From: Octopus sinensis
Lineage: Eukaryota
Reading direction: 5' to 3'
NCBI RefSeq assembly: GCF_006345805.1
Contig: NC_043006.1
Coordinates: 55,242,001-55,306,000, forward strand
Length of the DNA: 64,000 nucleotides
This document shows positions 11,795-24,884 of this stretch, piece by piece. Each line of letters opens with the position of its first letter. The first letter of the stretch is position 1. Made by a program: the position numbers and the translations under genes. The notes beneath the pieces were generated by a model. It was not told the origin of the DNA. It searched no databases and saw nothing but the letters and a program-made list of their open reading frames with translations.

Positions 11795-11928
11795 TTTTAT
11801 TAAAACTGCTAAAATCTTCACAAACTATTACTCAGGGTTTTACGTCACCGTTAGTCGCACAACAGTCTGGCGAACGGGAAGGTGAAACTGAGTGACAATT
11901 TGTGAAGACTTTTGCAGCTTTAATAAAA
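11795..11928. repeat. Imperfect fold-back repeat with a degenerate hammerhead-like core
   Basis: ~41-nt arms TTTTATTAAAACTGCTAAAATCTTCACAAACTATTACTCAG / CTGAGTGACAATTTGTGAAGACTTTTGCAGCTTTAATAAAA; CTGGCGA..GT-GAAAC inside; related sequence near 46130-46250. Confidence 0.65.
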
Positions 11929-12011
11929 ACATATTACTCTGCCTTCGGTATTCGAGTACTAATTTTTCTCACCGTTTTGAATTCATATGCTTACTGGTGT
12001 GTTTATATATA

Positions 12012-13315
<1,304 letters not shown>

Positions 13316-13623
13316 AGGGCAAGGCTGGTAAATATTCTACCAATACTAGATGAGAACCAACAGAGAGTCTATCAAAAACTTCGAGATCTAACTGGAGCGA
13401 GCGGAAATTTTTTCACTGATTCTTTATTGGATTGGTCAAAACATAGATATCAAAGTAAAATCAGAACATGATATAGAATCCCAGTTGGTTTGTCAATTAT
13501 TGAAACTTCTGATTTTTTTTGTTTGTTTGGATGGTTGGAGAAATAGCACAGACAATGAGCAAGATTGTTAAAAAATATAGGAATAGAGTATCACGAAAGA
13601 ATATTTGTGTCACAGAAAACAAT

Positions 13624-13685
<62 letters not shown>

Positions 13686-13983
13686 TATATAACACTGTCT
13701 ACATTTGTATTATTTTCAGTAATTCAAATATTGCAACTATTTATGTCCTTTATTATGTCTATATTATCGTATCAAAGTAGCTATATTCATTCTAGTTCTG
13801 AATGGGATGGAAATAGAAGGTGCAAAATATTTATCATTTATAAGTAGCGAGCACGTATACTAAAATATTAATCAATGCTTTAATATCCTTCTTATAAATC
13901 ATTTGAAAAACAAAATCAAAACAGAACAAAGATGAAATCAGTCATAGAGATATAGAATATATGTAAATACCAATTTACAAATG

Positions 13984-14077
<94 letters not shown>

Positions 14078-14199
14078 CACGAACACGCAAAAGAATGGAG
14101 AATTGTAAATATCTTATTAGCTTACGCACATTTCGGATAGATTGGTAAATTCCAACTGTGATGCAATAATCATACATATTAATCGATCCTATATTTGAT

Positions 14200-14620
14200 C
14201 ATTTTACACCATACAGATCGATGGCACTCCCATGATATCAAATTAAGCTGTAGAGACTTTGGTGATTCCTTCAACTTAGCCTTGTATATAAGGACGGGTA
14301 TTACCTTACCACAGTGTCCCTCTGCTTGTTGGCCATACGAAAGAATTTTCAGAATGTGGTCATCTTTCATTGCACATCTGTACTGAATCTTCAGCAGCAT
14401 GCTTTTGATACTGTAGATATCGTATGTTTCAAAGATTTTGATATTTGATAAGTTATCTTGGCATTTTTATGTTGCAAATATTGTGCAGACAGTACATGTA
14501 AAAGGTTTCAAGTCTATATGTCTGTCGTATTCTTCTGTCTATGCTTCTGCCACATACAACAGTATGTTCGGAATACAAAATTTATATACAGTTATTTTCA
14601 ATTTTCTAATCATTATTAAT
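14200..14620 (-). pseudogene. RTE-clade LINE, 3' (C-terminal) remnant
   Basis: LYVAEA.T; LHVLSAQ/FHM.CL-like segment; MKDDHILKILSYGQQAEG..YKAKLKESPK..SWE..RSVW resembles the RTE C-terminus. Confidence 0.7.
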
Positions 14621-14629
14621 GTAGTTGTA

Positions 14630-14630
14630 G

Positions 14631-14665
<35 letters not shown>

Positions 14666-14679
14666 CTTCTTCTTCTTCT

Positions 14680-14714
<35 letters not shown>

Positions 14715-14768
14715 TTCCTCTTCCTCTTCTTCTTCTTCTTCTTCCACTTCTTCTTCCTCTTCTTCTTG
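14630..14768. repeat. (GTT)n(CTT)n compound microsatellite; tail of a minus-strand R4-like LINE 3' end
   Basis: Direct; counterpart at 19921-20062. Confidence 0.9.
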
Positions 14769-14803
14769 ACGTCGCACAGTCCCCAATATCGTGAGGTAGT
14801 TGA

Positions 14804-14864
14804 TGTAAAGGATAAGCGTTGTTACAGTATGACTAAAAGCTTGGGGAGGGGAAGTAACGAAATA
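14804..14864 (+). other. 61-nt templated insertion at the duplication junction
   Basis: Identical to 20775-20835. Confidence 0.92.
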
Positions 14865-15054
14865 ACTTTTACAACAGATTATGCGAAGCTAATATTTTAT
14901 TAATGTTGCTGGACTAAACTTATTTTCAACTATGTTAATGTACCTTTAAGCGATATTCGCAAACTTTGTACAATCACATGCTGTTTGGTTGCCTAAAATA
15001 TTAAGTACTATCAGACTGGGAAAGATGCACATTTCTTTAAATAATTTATTGCTG

Positions 15055-16758
15055 CTATCTCTTTCAATCTCTCTTATTTGTCTCAAGCAGAAGAAGCAGC
15101 ATTTAAGATTATTGACATAACCAAAGAATATTAACTCTTGGTACATTTGGAGGCTAATTCATGATCTGTTTAGTTGTGGTATATTTTCTGCAGTTCATTG
15201 CATTATTCTAACTTACATTCAGCATTATCGTGGTCGAAAACTGTTGAGCTGGTATTTTTGTGATTAGCTTAGTTCCCACAATCCGATTGTTGAGCAATTC
15301 ACTTGGCCGTGGTACGTTGGGGCTTATGTCGTTGCTTGTAGACATAACATTATCAAATGCAGAATCTATTCTGCTTATTCTACCTAAACTAATGATTTTT
15401 TTCACAGCCCGAATTTATTTTTCATACGAAACTATTTAATTGGGAAGTTTTGGAGATGATATGACGTGGTCAACTTGCCATTGCTGAGCAAATTCTCTGT
15501 ATGCTTCGCATAGTAGTGGCCTGTTATTGGGAATATCTTATTCAGAGAAATCTGTTTCGTTGCTGACAGGATTATATTACTTATGCATTGTTCTGTCTTC
15601 TTGCAAGTGTTAAAAAATTTAGTGCAGTTATTAAATAATTACGGCCACCAAAGTGAAAACTATTAAATTTACGGCCACCAAAATGAAATAGATCTGTACC
15701 AACATCTTCATATGCTAGATTAGGAACTTTTACTGTTGAAAGTTTGTTTTAGATATATAGGAAGATATTTTTGAGGTGTGGAATATTTCTTAGCCTTAAT
15801 CTCGATATCTATGTTAATTCCAATTTTCTTCAGATTCCCAACTTTGCTCCTATGGTTCGAAAATGGTCTTTTCAATGTCTTGGTGAGTAGAGGAACTGAT
15901 TTAATAATATTTGTCGGCTGATTGGCATTAATATTTTTGATCTTTTCAAAATAATACCATCATTAGTTGGGAGTTCGTTTTTGTAAAATACGTAGGAATG
16001 TATTGGGGTGGTAATTCTTTGACTGACTCTCGTCATCCAGTTATGATTTAAGAAACTGGTTGGGAACTTGATCTTTCTGGTTTTGACTTGGATTTCGTTC
16101 AGAAGATTACGGCTGAATCTCATAAGGCCAGTTCTAGCATTCAAGTCAACTGTTTCCTTGGTGGTGATAAGAAAACAACTAATCGTATCTTGTACTGTCA
16201 TTTCATTTCTAGATTTGTATTTTATGCATATTTGGTGTCTCTATGATTTAAGTAGCATGCCTTGTAGTTTTAAGGGTCACTGGTCAGCTGTTTCTGCAGT
16301 ATAATTACCACTGGTTTAAGGTCAGCGAGTACTTTGAATTGATGGCAATGTATGAAGGTTTGATTCCAAATGAAATTTCACGGAGTTTGTTATATGCCGG
16401 TATAACGTTTCCCTGTATCTGATACAGATTTCGATGTATGTCAATCGGCTTCCATTCCACATCAGTGGAGCACCAAGTAATTTCAATTTTCACGACTGGC
16501 ATATCGCTATGTTAAACTGTACGAGTATTGAGTCTCGTCCAGTTTATATCTTGAGAATCCCAAAGCATCGACTACGGCGTTCTTGTCAAAAACAAACGTA
16601 GCTTCAGTTAATCTCATAGTGTGGATACCTTGTTGGCCAAGTCTGGAATGAAGGGGACAAGTAATTAGGAAGACCTAAACTATTTCACGTGAGTCTCTCT
16701 TGCATATTGGAGCTGACATGACTTTCAGGTCATTGAGCTTCGTGTGTCGAAACTGACA
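15055..16758 (-). pseudogene. Decayed Ty3/gypsy pol, duplicate copy
   Basis: Same motifs as 9620-11340. Confidence 0.8.
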
Positions 16759-17121
16759 TCATCTGTACAACATGGTGAAATTGAAAGGGAGTTACCAGTG
16801 CAGTTCGGAGAAGAAATAACATTAACAAAATACGATGTACTTTAATTTAAAATTACCAGTTTCAGCTTACTACTGACGTTCAAATTCTTTGACCCTCCCA
16901 CTCATGCATATTTCTATATACACACATAAATCACACATAAACATACATATGTATATGCGTATGTATATACGTGTGTATGTATATATATATGTACACACTC
17001 ATGCACATATACGTACATACATATACATATATATATATGCATATACATACATACGTACATAGATACATATATACATATGATATATATATATATATATATA
17101 TGTACACACAAAAACAATCAC

Positions 17122-17157
<36 letters not shown>

Positions 17158-17291
17158 TTTTATTAAAACTGCTAAAATCTTCCACAAACTATTACTCAGG
17201 GTTTTACGTCACCGTTAGTCGCACAACAGTCTGGCGAACGGGAAGGTGAAACTGAGTGACAATTTGTGAAGACTTTTGCAGCTTAATAAAA
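17158..17291. repeat. Fold-back repeat, duplicate copy
   Basis: Copy of 11795-11928. Confidence 0.65.
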
Positions 17292-17370
17292 ACATATTAC
17301 TCTGCCTTCGGTATTCGAGTACTAATTTTTCTCACCGTTTTGAATTCATATGCTTACTGGTGTGTTTATG

Positions 17371-17402
<32 letters not shown>

Positions 17403-17408
17403 ATATAT

Positions 17409-17458
<50 letters not shown>

Positions 17459-18072
17459 GAATATAAAAAGTAGGACAAGAACGCAAAACATCCACACAGA
17501 TGATACAAAAAGGCAAAAAAGGGACAAGAAAAAAACAAGGACGGGTCATTCAGAGTTTTTTTCCCCAGTTGAGTTCCAGATTATCTTTGCAATTTTGGCT
17601 GGTTATACGCAAGATTGCTCCAATCTGACCAGCCCCAAGGAAAAATTAAGTTCAGAGCACTAGATTCCTTGGAAGAAAGCAGCGAATGTATACGAAAACA
17701 AGGACGACAAAAAAACCGGAGAAATGGTACACAAAAACAAATGCAAATAACAGGATATTAACAACAGGCGTCTTTCGACTAAGGATGAATTAAATTAAGC
17801 TCGCGTGTGTGGAAGTGAAGCCTTACGGCAAGGACCTAAGAGATGACAGGTACGGGGAGGAATATAGACGGATGGTAGTCGAACCAAGAAAAAGGGTCAA
17901 GCTTGGCCGAATACCGGTCACATGGAGAGAGAGGACAGAGGTAGAGGCAGAGGGATAAAAGAATTAGGGAAGGACGACAAAAAAGGAAAAGGAACAGAGT
18001 GAAGTGAAAGAGGAAGAACGAAACAAAGAAGAGTGGAAAGAACGAAGTAAGTGTGAAGGGGCTGATAGAAAT

Positions 18073-18113
<41 letters not shown>

Positions 18114-18183
18114 GAGACAAACACACACACACACACACAACACACACACATATATATATTACGGAGATGTACTTGCATAGCGA

Positions 18184-18235
<52 letters not shown>

Positions 18236-19285
18236 TACATATCAGTAATTTAGGTTAATTAAAATATATTTGTGGCATATTTCAACTGCTAAAAGGCAAA
18301 TACACTGCAGTTATCGTGGAGAAAATATCTCTCTTATAGTATTTATATTCGTATTATTATTTTGTTTTTTTTTGTATTATTTTTGTATTTATATTCGTGT
18401 AACATCGTCCGTTTTTCCGTCCTTATTTCGTATACATTCGATCTTTTTCCCAAGGAATCTAATGCTCTTAGCTGGCCAGATTGGAGCAATCTTAAGATTA
18501 ATCAACCGAAATTACGATGATAATCCGGTTCTTGACTGAAGATTAAAGGCTTCGAATGACCCGTCTATGTTTTTTGTATCGTCTATTTGGATGTTTTGCG
18601 TTCTTGTCCCATTTTGTAAAGGGCAAGGCTGGTAAATATTCTACCAATACTAGATGAGAACCAACAGAGAGTCTATCAAAAACTTCGAGATCTAACTGGA
18701 GCGAGCGGAAATTTTTTCACTGATTCTTTATTGGATTTGGTCAAAACATAGATATCAAAGTAAAATCAGAACATGATATAGAATCCCAGTTGGTTTGTCA
18801 ATTATTGAAACTTCTGATTTTTTTTGTTTGTTTGGATGGTTGGAGAAATTGCACAGACAATGAGCAAGATTGTTAAAAAATATAGGAATAGAGTATCACG
18901 AAAGAATATTTGTGTCACAGAAAACAATTATATATATAATATATTATATATATATATATATATATAATATATATATATATAATATTACAGTATATAACAC
19001 TGTCTACATTTGTATTATTTTCAGTAATTCAAATATTGCAACTATTTATGTCCTTTATTATGTCTATATTATCGTATCAAAGTAGCTATATTCATTCTAG
19101 TTCTGAATGGGATGGAAATAGAAGGTGCAAAATATTTATCATTTATAAGTAGCGAGCACGTATACCAATATTAATCAATGCTTTAATATCCTTCTTATAA
19201 ATCATTTGAAAAACAAAATCAAAACAGAACAAAGATGAAATCAGTCATAGAGATATAGAATATATGTAAATACCAATTTACAAAG

Positions 19286-19339
<54 letters not shown>

Positions 19340-19499
19340 ACGCGCGCGCACACCACAACAACACACACACACACACACACGAACACGCAAAAGAATGGAG
19401 AATTGTAAATACCTTATTAGCTACGCACATTTCGGATAGATTGGTAAATTCCAACTGTGTGATGCAATAATCATACATATTAATCGATCCTATATTTGA

Positions 19500-19915
19500 T
19501 CATTTTACACCATACAGATCGATGGCACTCCCATGATATCAAATTAAGCTGTAGAGACTTTGGTGATTCCTTCAACTTAGCCTTGTATATAAGGACGGGT
19601 ATTACCTTACCACAGTGTCCCTCTGCTTGTTGGCCATACGAAAGAATTTTCGGAATGTGGTCATCTTTCATTGCACATCTGTACTGAATCTTCAGCAGCA
19701 TGCTTTTGATACTGTAGATATCGTATGTTTCAAAGATTTTGACATTTGATAATTTATCTTGGCATTTTTATGTTGCAAATATTGTGCAGACAGTACATGT
19801 AAAAGGTTTCAAGTCTATATGTCTGTCGTATTCTTCTGTCTATGCTTCTGCCACATACAACAGTATGTTCGGAATACAAAATTTATATACAGTTATTTTC
19901 AATTTTCTAATCATT
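19500..19915 (-). pseudogene. RTE-clade LINE 3' remnant, duplicate copy
   Basis: Copy of 14200-14620. Confidence 0.7.
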
Positions 19916-20062
19916 ATTAATGTAGTTGTAGTTGTTGTTGTTGTTGTTGTTGTTGTTCTTCTTCTTCTTCTTCTTCTTCTTCTTCTTCTTCTTCTTCTTC
20001 TTCTTCTTCTTCCTCTTCCTCTTCCTCTTCTTCTTCTTCCTCTTCTTCTTCCTCTTCTTCTT

Positions 20063-20500
20063 GACGTCGCACAGTCCCCAATATCGTGAGGTAGTTGATG
20101 TTGATTTAAGATATTGTGTCTACCGGGGTTTTGTATTGTCTGTCAAGTCATAACAAGGACCTCAGGCTTTGCGCAATATGCGTCAAGTTCCAAGTCATGC
20201 CAACTGTTGCAATATTCTTAGATTGTAGAGTATTTCAAAAGTTTTCAGCTGTTTCTTCAGATTGGGTGGTATTGAACCCAATGCTCCGATGACAAGGACA
20301 AACTTTACGTTTTGACTCTCGTAGCTGCCACATCTTAGCGATCTCAATTCTCAGGTCTCCATATTCATCAACCCTTTCTCCTTCTTTCATGATGATATGT
20401 TGATTTCCTGTCACTGCCACGTTTGTCCCTCCTAAAGGTTACTATATCCTGCCTTCGGTGCTCTAATACCTTGTCTGGTTTGAAGTCAAAGTTCTGGAGG
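20063..20500 (-). mobile_element. R4/Dong-like LINE 3' end (RLE domain plus 3' UTR)
   Basis: DFKPDKVLEHRRQDIV; VAVTGNQHIIMKEGERVDEYGDLRIEIAKMW; IGALGSIP; ends in an (AAG)n(AAC)n tail. Confidence 0.85.
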
Positions 20501-20534
20501 AGTTTTGCCTTCATCCTTTTCGTCCATTACCTTC

Positions 20535-20665
20535 GTCAAGGTCGATTTTGCCTTTCATCCTTTCGGGATCAATGAAATAATTACGATTTCAGCGCTGGGG
20601 TCACTTTAATCGACTAGCCCGTCCCCCCAAAATTTCAAGCCTTGTGTCTATAGTAGAAAGGATTA
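20535..20665 (+). mobile_element. 5'-truncated SINE (Meta-domain-like family)
   Basis: GCCTTTCATCCTTTCGGG...AATCGACTAGCCC...GCCTTGTGTCTATAGTAGAAAGG followed by (ATT)n. Confidence 0.8.
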
Positions 20666-20711
20666 TTATTATTATTATTATTATTGTTGTTGTTGTTGTT
20701 GTTGTTGTTAT

Positions 20712-22140
20712 TTAACTTTTAATCTGTAAGATTGTTACAGTGACTTGCCGAGACACATCCAGTGCCCTGGGGCTTGTAAAGGATAAGCGTTGTTACAGTA
20801 TGACTAAAAGCTTGGGGAGGGGAAGTAACGAAATATATTCATGTAATACAACACAGACATTTAATGGATAGGGTTTTTCTAAGGGTGTGGCTAGTACTTG
20901 CCAGTACAATCTTTTGGATTTCTCTGAGACATGGTTCTCCTGGGATAAGATCTAGATGTTTCTAACATCCCTTTTTTTATCATACCTAGGACACCGACAA
21001 TAACAAGAACAGTTCTCGCTTTAAGATGCAATATCTTTTATATTTCAATTTCCAGGTCCTTATATTTACTTAGTTTGTCAAATTCCTTGTCGGATATATT
21101 TTTATCAGTGGGAACACTTACATCTATTAGTCTACAAGTTTTCTTTTCCCTGTCTTTAATACTTATGTTTGGTCGATTAGCCTGGATCGTTCTGTCAATG
21201 TTGACTGGAAAATCCCAGAGGATAGTGACATTTTTACTTTAAACGACTGGCTCAGGATGATGTTCATACCAGTAAGCAGATATACCGATTTTGTAGAGTT
21301 TAAAAAATCCGCATTTAGGGTCAGTACCGTTTTTGAGAACGTTAGCCTGGTAATTTCTTGTTAGCAAGCTTTGATCTGTTGCTGCCAGTATAAAGCCTCC
21401 AGTCTCTGCTTTTACTCCTCAACTCCTCAGCCGCTGATGGCTCGTTGCTTGGTCTACACCAGCATTTTGGCTTCGGAGAATGTATTGTCCATGCAGGGTC
21501 TTCTTGCTCCACAGCTTCTCAGTCTGTTTCTACTCGTTCTGTTTTGCAGTTTGCTTGATTCGTATTGTTTGCTTCGTAGCAGTGGTTTCAGGCTTCTCAT
21601 CTAATTCAGTTCCCTTTCGAATTTATAAGATTCTTTGATGATAGAGTGTAACTACTTGCTGCGTTCATGTTCGCACACAAGTTGCAGCATCCAGTCCTCT
21701 GTACTAGATAAGTACCTCTTCATTCCTATAGTGGAGGTCTTATAACACAGTTCTAATTGCATCGTTCCTATTCCCCCACGGCTTCTAGGTAGGGACTGAT
21801 GGTCTACGTCTGCCTTAGGGCGGTGCATGTTCTTGGATGTTCATAATTTTCTTGTCTTCCTGTCCAGGCGTTGGAGTTCTGTAGTATTCTGTAAATGATG
21901 TTAAAACTGTACTGGACTACTGGAAATGTCATACTGTTAATAACTTCGATGAGGTTTTTAGAGTTGAGTTAAGTTTTCAGTACAAGTCTTATTCTCCTAT
22001 AGAACCTCTTTCTTATTTTTTCCTCCATTGTAGCATGATGTATACCATCTCCTTCGTTTATTCCAAGGTATTTATAATTTTTTAGTGGATCAAATTTCTT
22101 GATGGCAGTGTTGATAACTAATATAATGGAAGCTGTTTGT
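20712..22140 (-). mobile_element. 5'-truncated R4/Dong-like LINE, decayed and internally deleted
   Basis: YKYLGINEGDG; KAETGGFILAATDQSLLTRNY; ILWDFPVNIDRTIQANRPNI..LIDVSVPTDKNISDKEFDKLSKYKDLEIEI; (AAC)n(AAT)n tail. Confidence 0.85.
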
Positions 22141-22796
22141 CCGAGTTATTGAAATAGAATATCTTCTGTAGTGAATAATATAGTGGCCATTTTCCATTAC
22201 GATACATATTAACTGAACCTGTCTCCTTCTACTCATAGCTTTTATTTAGAATTAATACTGATCAAATGACATTTGCTCTTTGACTTCGACAATTATTTGC
22301 TGACTAGCTTTGTTCTACATATCTCTTCTGTGCATTTGAATTGGTCAGTAAAAGTTTAAGTGGAGTAGGAATTTTGCCATTAACATTCTTCAAGTTGACG
22401 AGTGAGAGAAGCAACTACGTATTACAACTCTAGCATGATCTGGTTAATACAATTCCTAAGTAGGTCTGCTGAGATACACCCTGCCCCTATACTGGTCAAC
22501 TATTGTTAGTTTTACTGTTTATCTCTTTACAAATGTTCGCTATCCTAAGAAATGTGGAAGAGGATAAAGCTTTGCATAGGATGGTGTTTAATTTTTCTGT
22601 CTGTATAGAATCGTAATCGATCAAATATTAGATCGATTAATATGTATGATTACTGCATCGCAGACTTTTGGAATTTGGCAGTCTATCCGAAATGTGCGTA
22701 AGCTAATAAAAAATTTATAACTCTCCATTCTTTTACTTTGTATATATATATATGTATATATACATTGTATGTATGTATGCGTGTGTGTGTGTGTGT

Positions 22797-22841
<45 letters not shown>

Positions 22842-23199
22842 ATGCGTGTATAGCATTTGTAAATTGTTATTCACATGCATCTGATATTTCTAGGATTGAA
22901 GGCAGTGTCTGATTTTATTTGTTTTTCAAATGATTTCTAAGAAGGATGTTGAAGCAGTGATAAATGTTTTAGTATACGTGCTTGTTACTTATCAATAATA
23001 AAGACTTTGCACCTTCTATTTTGATTCTGTTCAAAGCTAGAATGAATATAGCGACTTTAAGATAAGGATAGGATGGTGCTAAATTTCTCGTACTCTCTGC
23101 GTGTCGTAAAAGGCGAATGAAAGAGAAACCATAGCAGCAACAGGGGGCTGGATGCTGTTTGGGTTGCACCAACTGGATCATTGAAAACGGCTTATCTCC

Positions 23200-24640
23200 A
23201 AGGATGTTGTTGTGTTAGGGCGAGTTTAGGCCCCTTTTTAGCAGTGCGGTCCTTGAGTGATGGACAACAGCAGATCTTGAATAAGTGGCAGGCGTTCTGG
23301 TAACCCTAGAGGCTGTTGTCACGCTGCGGTGAAGAAGGCAACGAGAAACTACTTAAATTCTTTATAATTTCAAAGAACAATCATGAATAGTCACAATTCA
23401 ATAGTGGAAGATAACGGTGTGAAGGAGGTTTGTCTATATAACGAGGATGGCTCCTCGCCCGGTAAGGCATCCCATGAATAACAGGTGGGTCCCTACTATC
23501 AGAAAACTACTGTACCATCAGAAGTACCATCAAAGTTGGAGCCTGGAATATGAGAATTTATATCAAAGTGGCAAGCTTGAAAATGTTAAGCAAGAGATGA
23601 TGAGACTAAACACCAACATCCTGGGCATAAGTGAAACAAGGTGGCCGAATAATGATGACTTCATCATCGATGATTTCAAGATGGTTTATACCGGTTGTAA
23701 CAAACATGAAAAAGGAATAGGACTACTTTTATACCCTGATATGGCGAAATGTGCCCTTTGCTACTGAACAGTAAGTGAAAGAGTCTTGCTGGTCAGACTG
23801 TATGGACATCCATTTAACATTTCCATCATAGTTGTTTATGCATCCGCAGCAGATAACACAGAAGAGGAGACTGATGCCTTCTATGACACCCTGGAAGAAA
23901 CCAAGTTTTAGTGTAAGGTTGATAAAATTAATATCAACATAGGAAACCTGAATGCAAAAGTGGTTCGTGGACAGGAAGCTTAAGTTGTTGGTCAGTACGA
24001 AATTAGCAAGAAAAATGAAGGAGGTGAGAGATGGATACGGTGGTATGAGGCAAAAATATGATTATTACGAATACAGGGTTTAAGGAACACCCTAGAAGAA
24101 TTTGCACATGGAAGGGCCCTGGTGACATCTCGAGAAATCAGATTGGTTATATCTCCATCAATGACAGATTTAAAAGATCAGGGAAACATGCAAAAAATAT
24201 ACCCAGCAGCAGACTGTGGGAGCGACCATGTACCAGTGGTATACACACTCCAATGTAAATGAAAGAAGTTGAATAGAGTAAGAACTACATAGAAACTGGA
24301 TTTTGAACGGCTGAATAAGACAGATATGCAGTTGAAGTATTCCTTCAATGTAGAGAACAGATTTAATCAGTTGATTGATAATGGCAAGGAGATTACATAG
24401 AGAGTAATGAAAAACAGCCTAGGAAATCCTGTCAAAGAAAAAGAAAAAAATGGACGACTGAGGAGATCCTTTCATTGATAAGTAAGTGACAGAAAATCAG
24501 AAACGGGAAATCCAAAAAGTGTAGAAAGCTGATAGAGTAATTAAACGGAAGTGTAGAGAAACTTAAGAGACCTGGCTGAATGGACAATGTGAAGAAATTG
24601 AAAGGTAAAATACAAAGTATTTTACCTTTCAAAGGATGAT
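23200..24640 (+). mobile_element. RTE-clade LINE 5' portion (5' UTR, APE endonuclease, linker; no RT)
   Basis: KLENVKQEMMRLNTNILGISETRW; GIGLLL; VSERVLLVRL; IVVYA; GNLNAKV; TWKGPG..RNQIGYI; YPAADCGSDHVPV; several stops. Confidence 0.9.
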
Positions 24641-24658
24641 ACAAGAAAGATTGTTCTC

Positions 24659-24750
24659 AAGAAAATTCAGCAAACGCCAGAACGTAAGCGAGCAAGACGA
24701 AAGAAAAGATTCAAAATATAATTACGTTCTGGCGTTTGCTGAATTTTCTT
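24659..24750. repeat. Perfect 29-bp inverted repeat with a 34-nt spacer
   Basis: AAGAAAATTCAGCAAACGCCAGAACGTAA (24659-24687) pairs with 24722-24750. Confidence 0.92.
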
Positions 24751-24818
24751 AGTGGTCAGACCATATGGGATCTACCTCTAGCATAATGGATGTACACTTA
24801 GTGGTCATCCTTCTTATA

Positions 24819-24884
<66 letters not shown>

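Larger units (their letters stand above)
14861..20101 (+). repeat. Tandem segmental duplication, copy 2 (~5.2 kb)
   Basis: Colinear with 9426-14806; continues into unique sequence after 20101. Confidence 0.95.
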
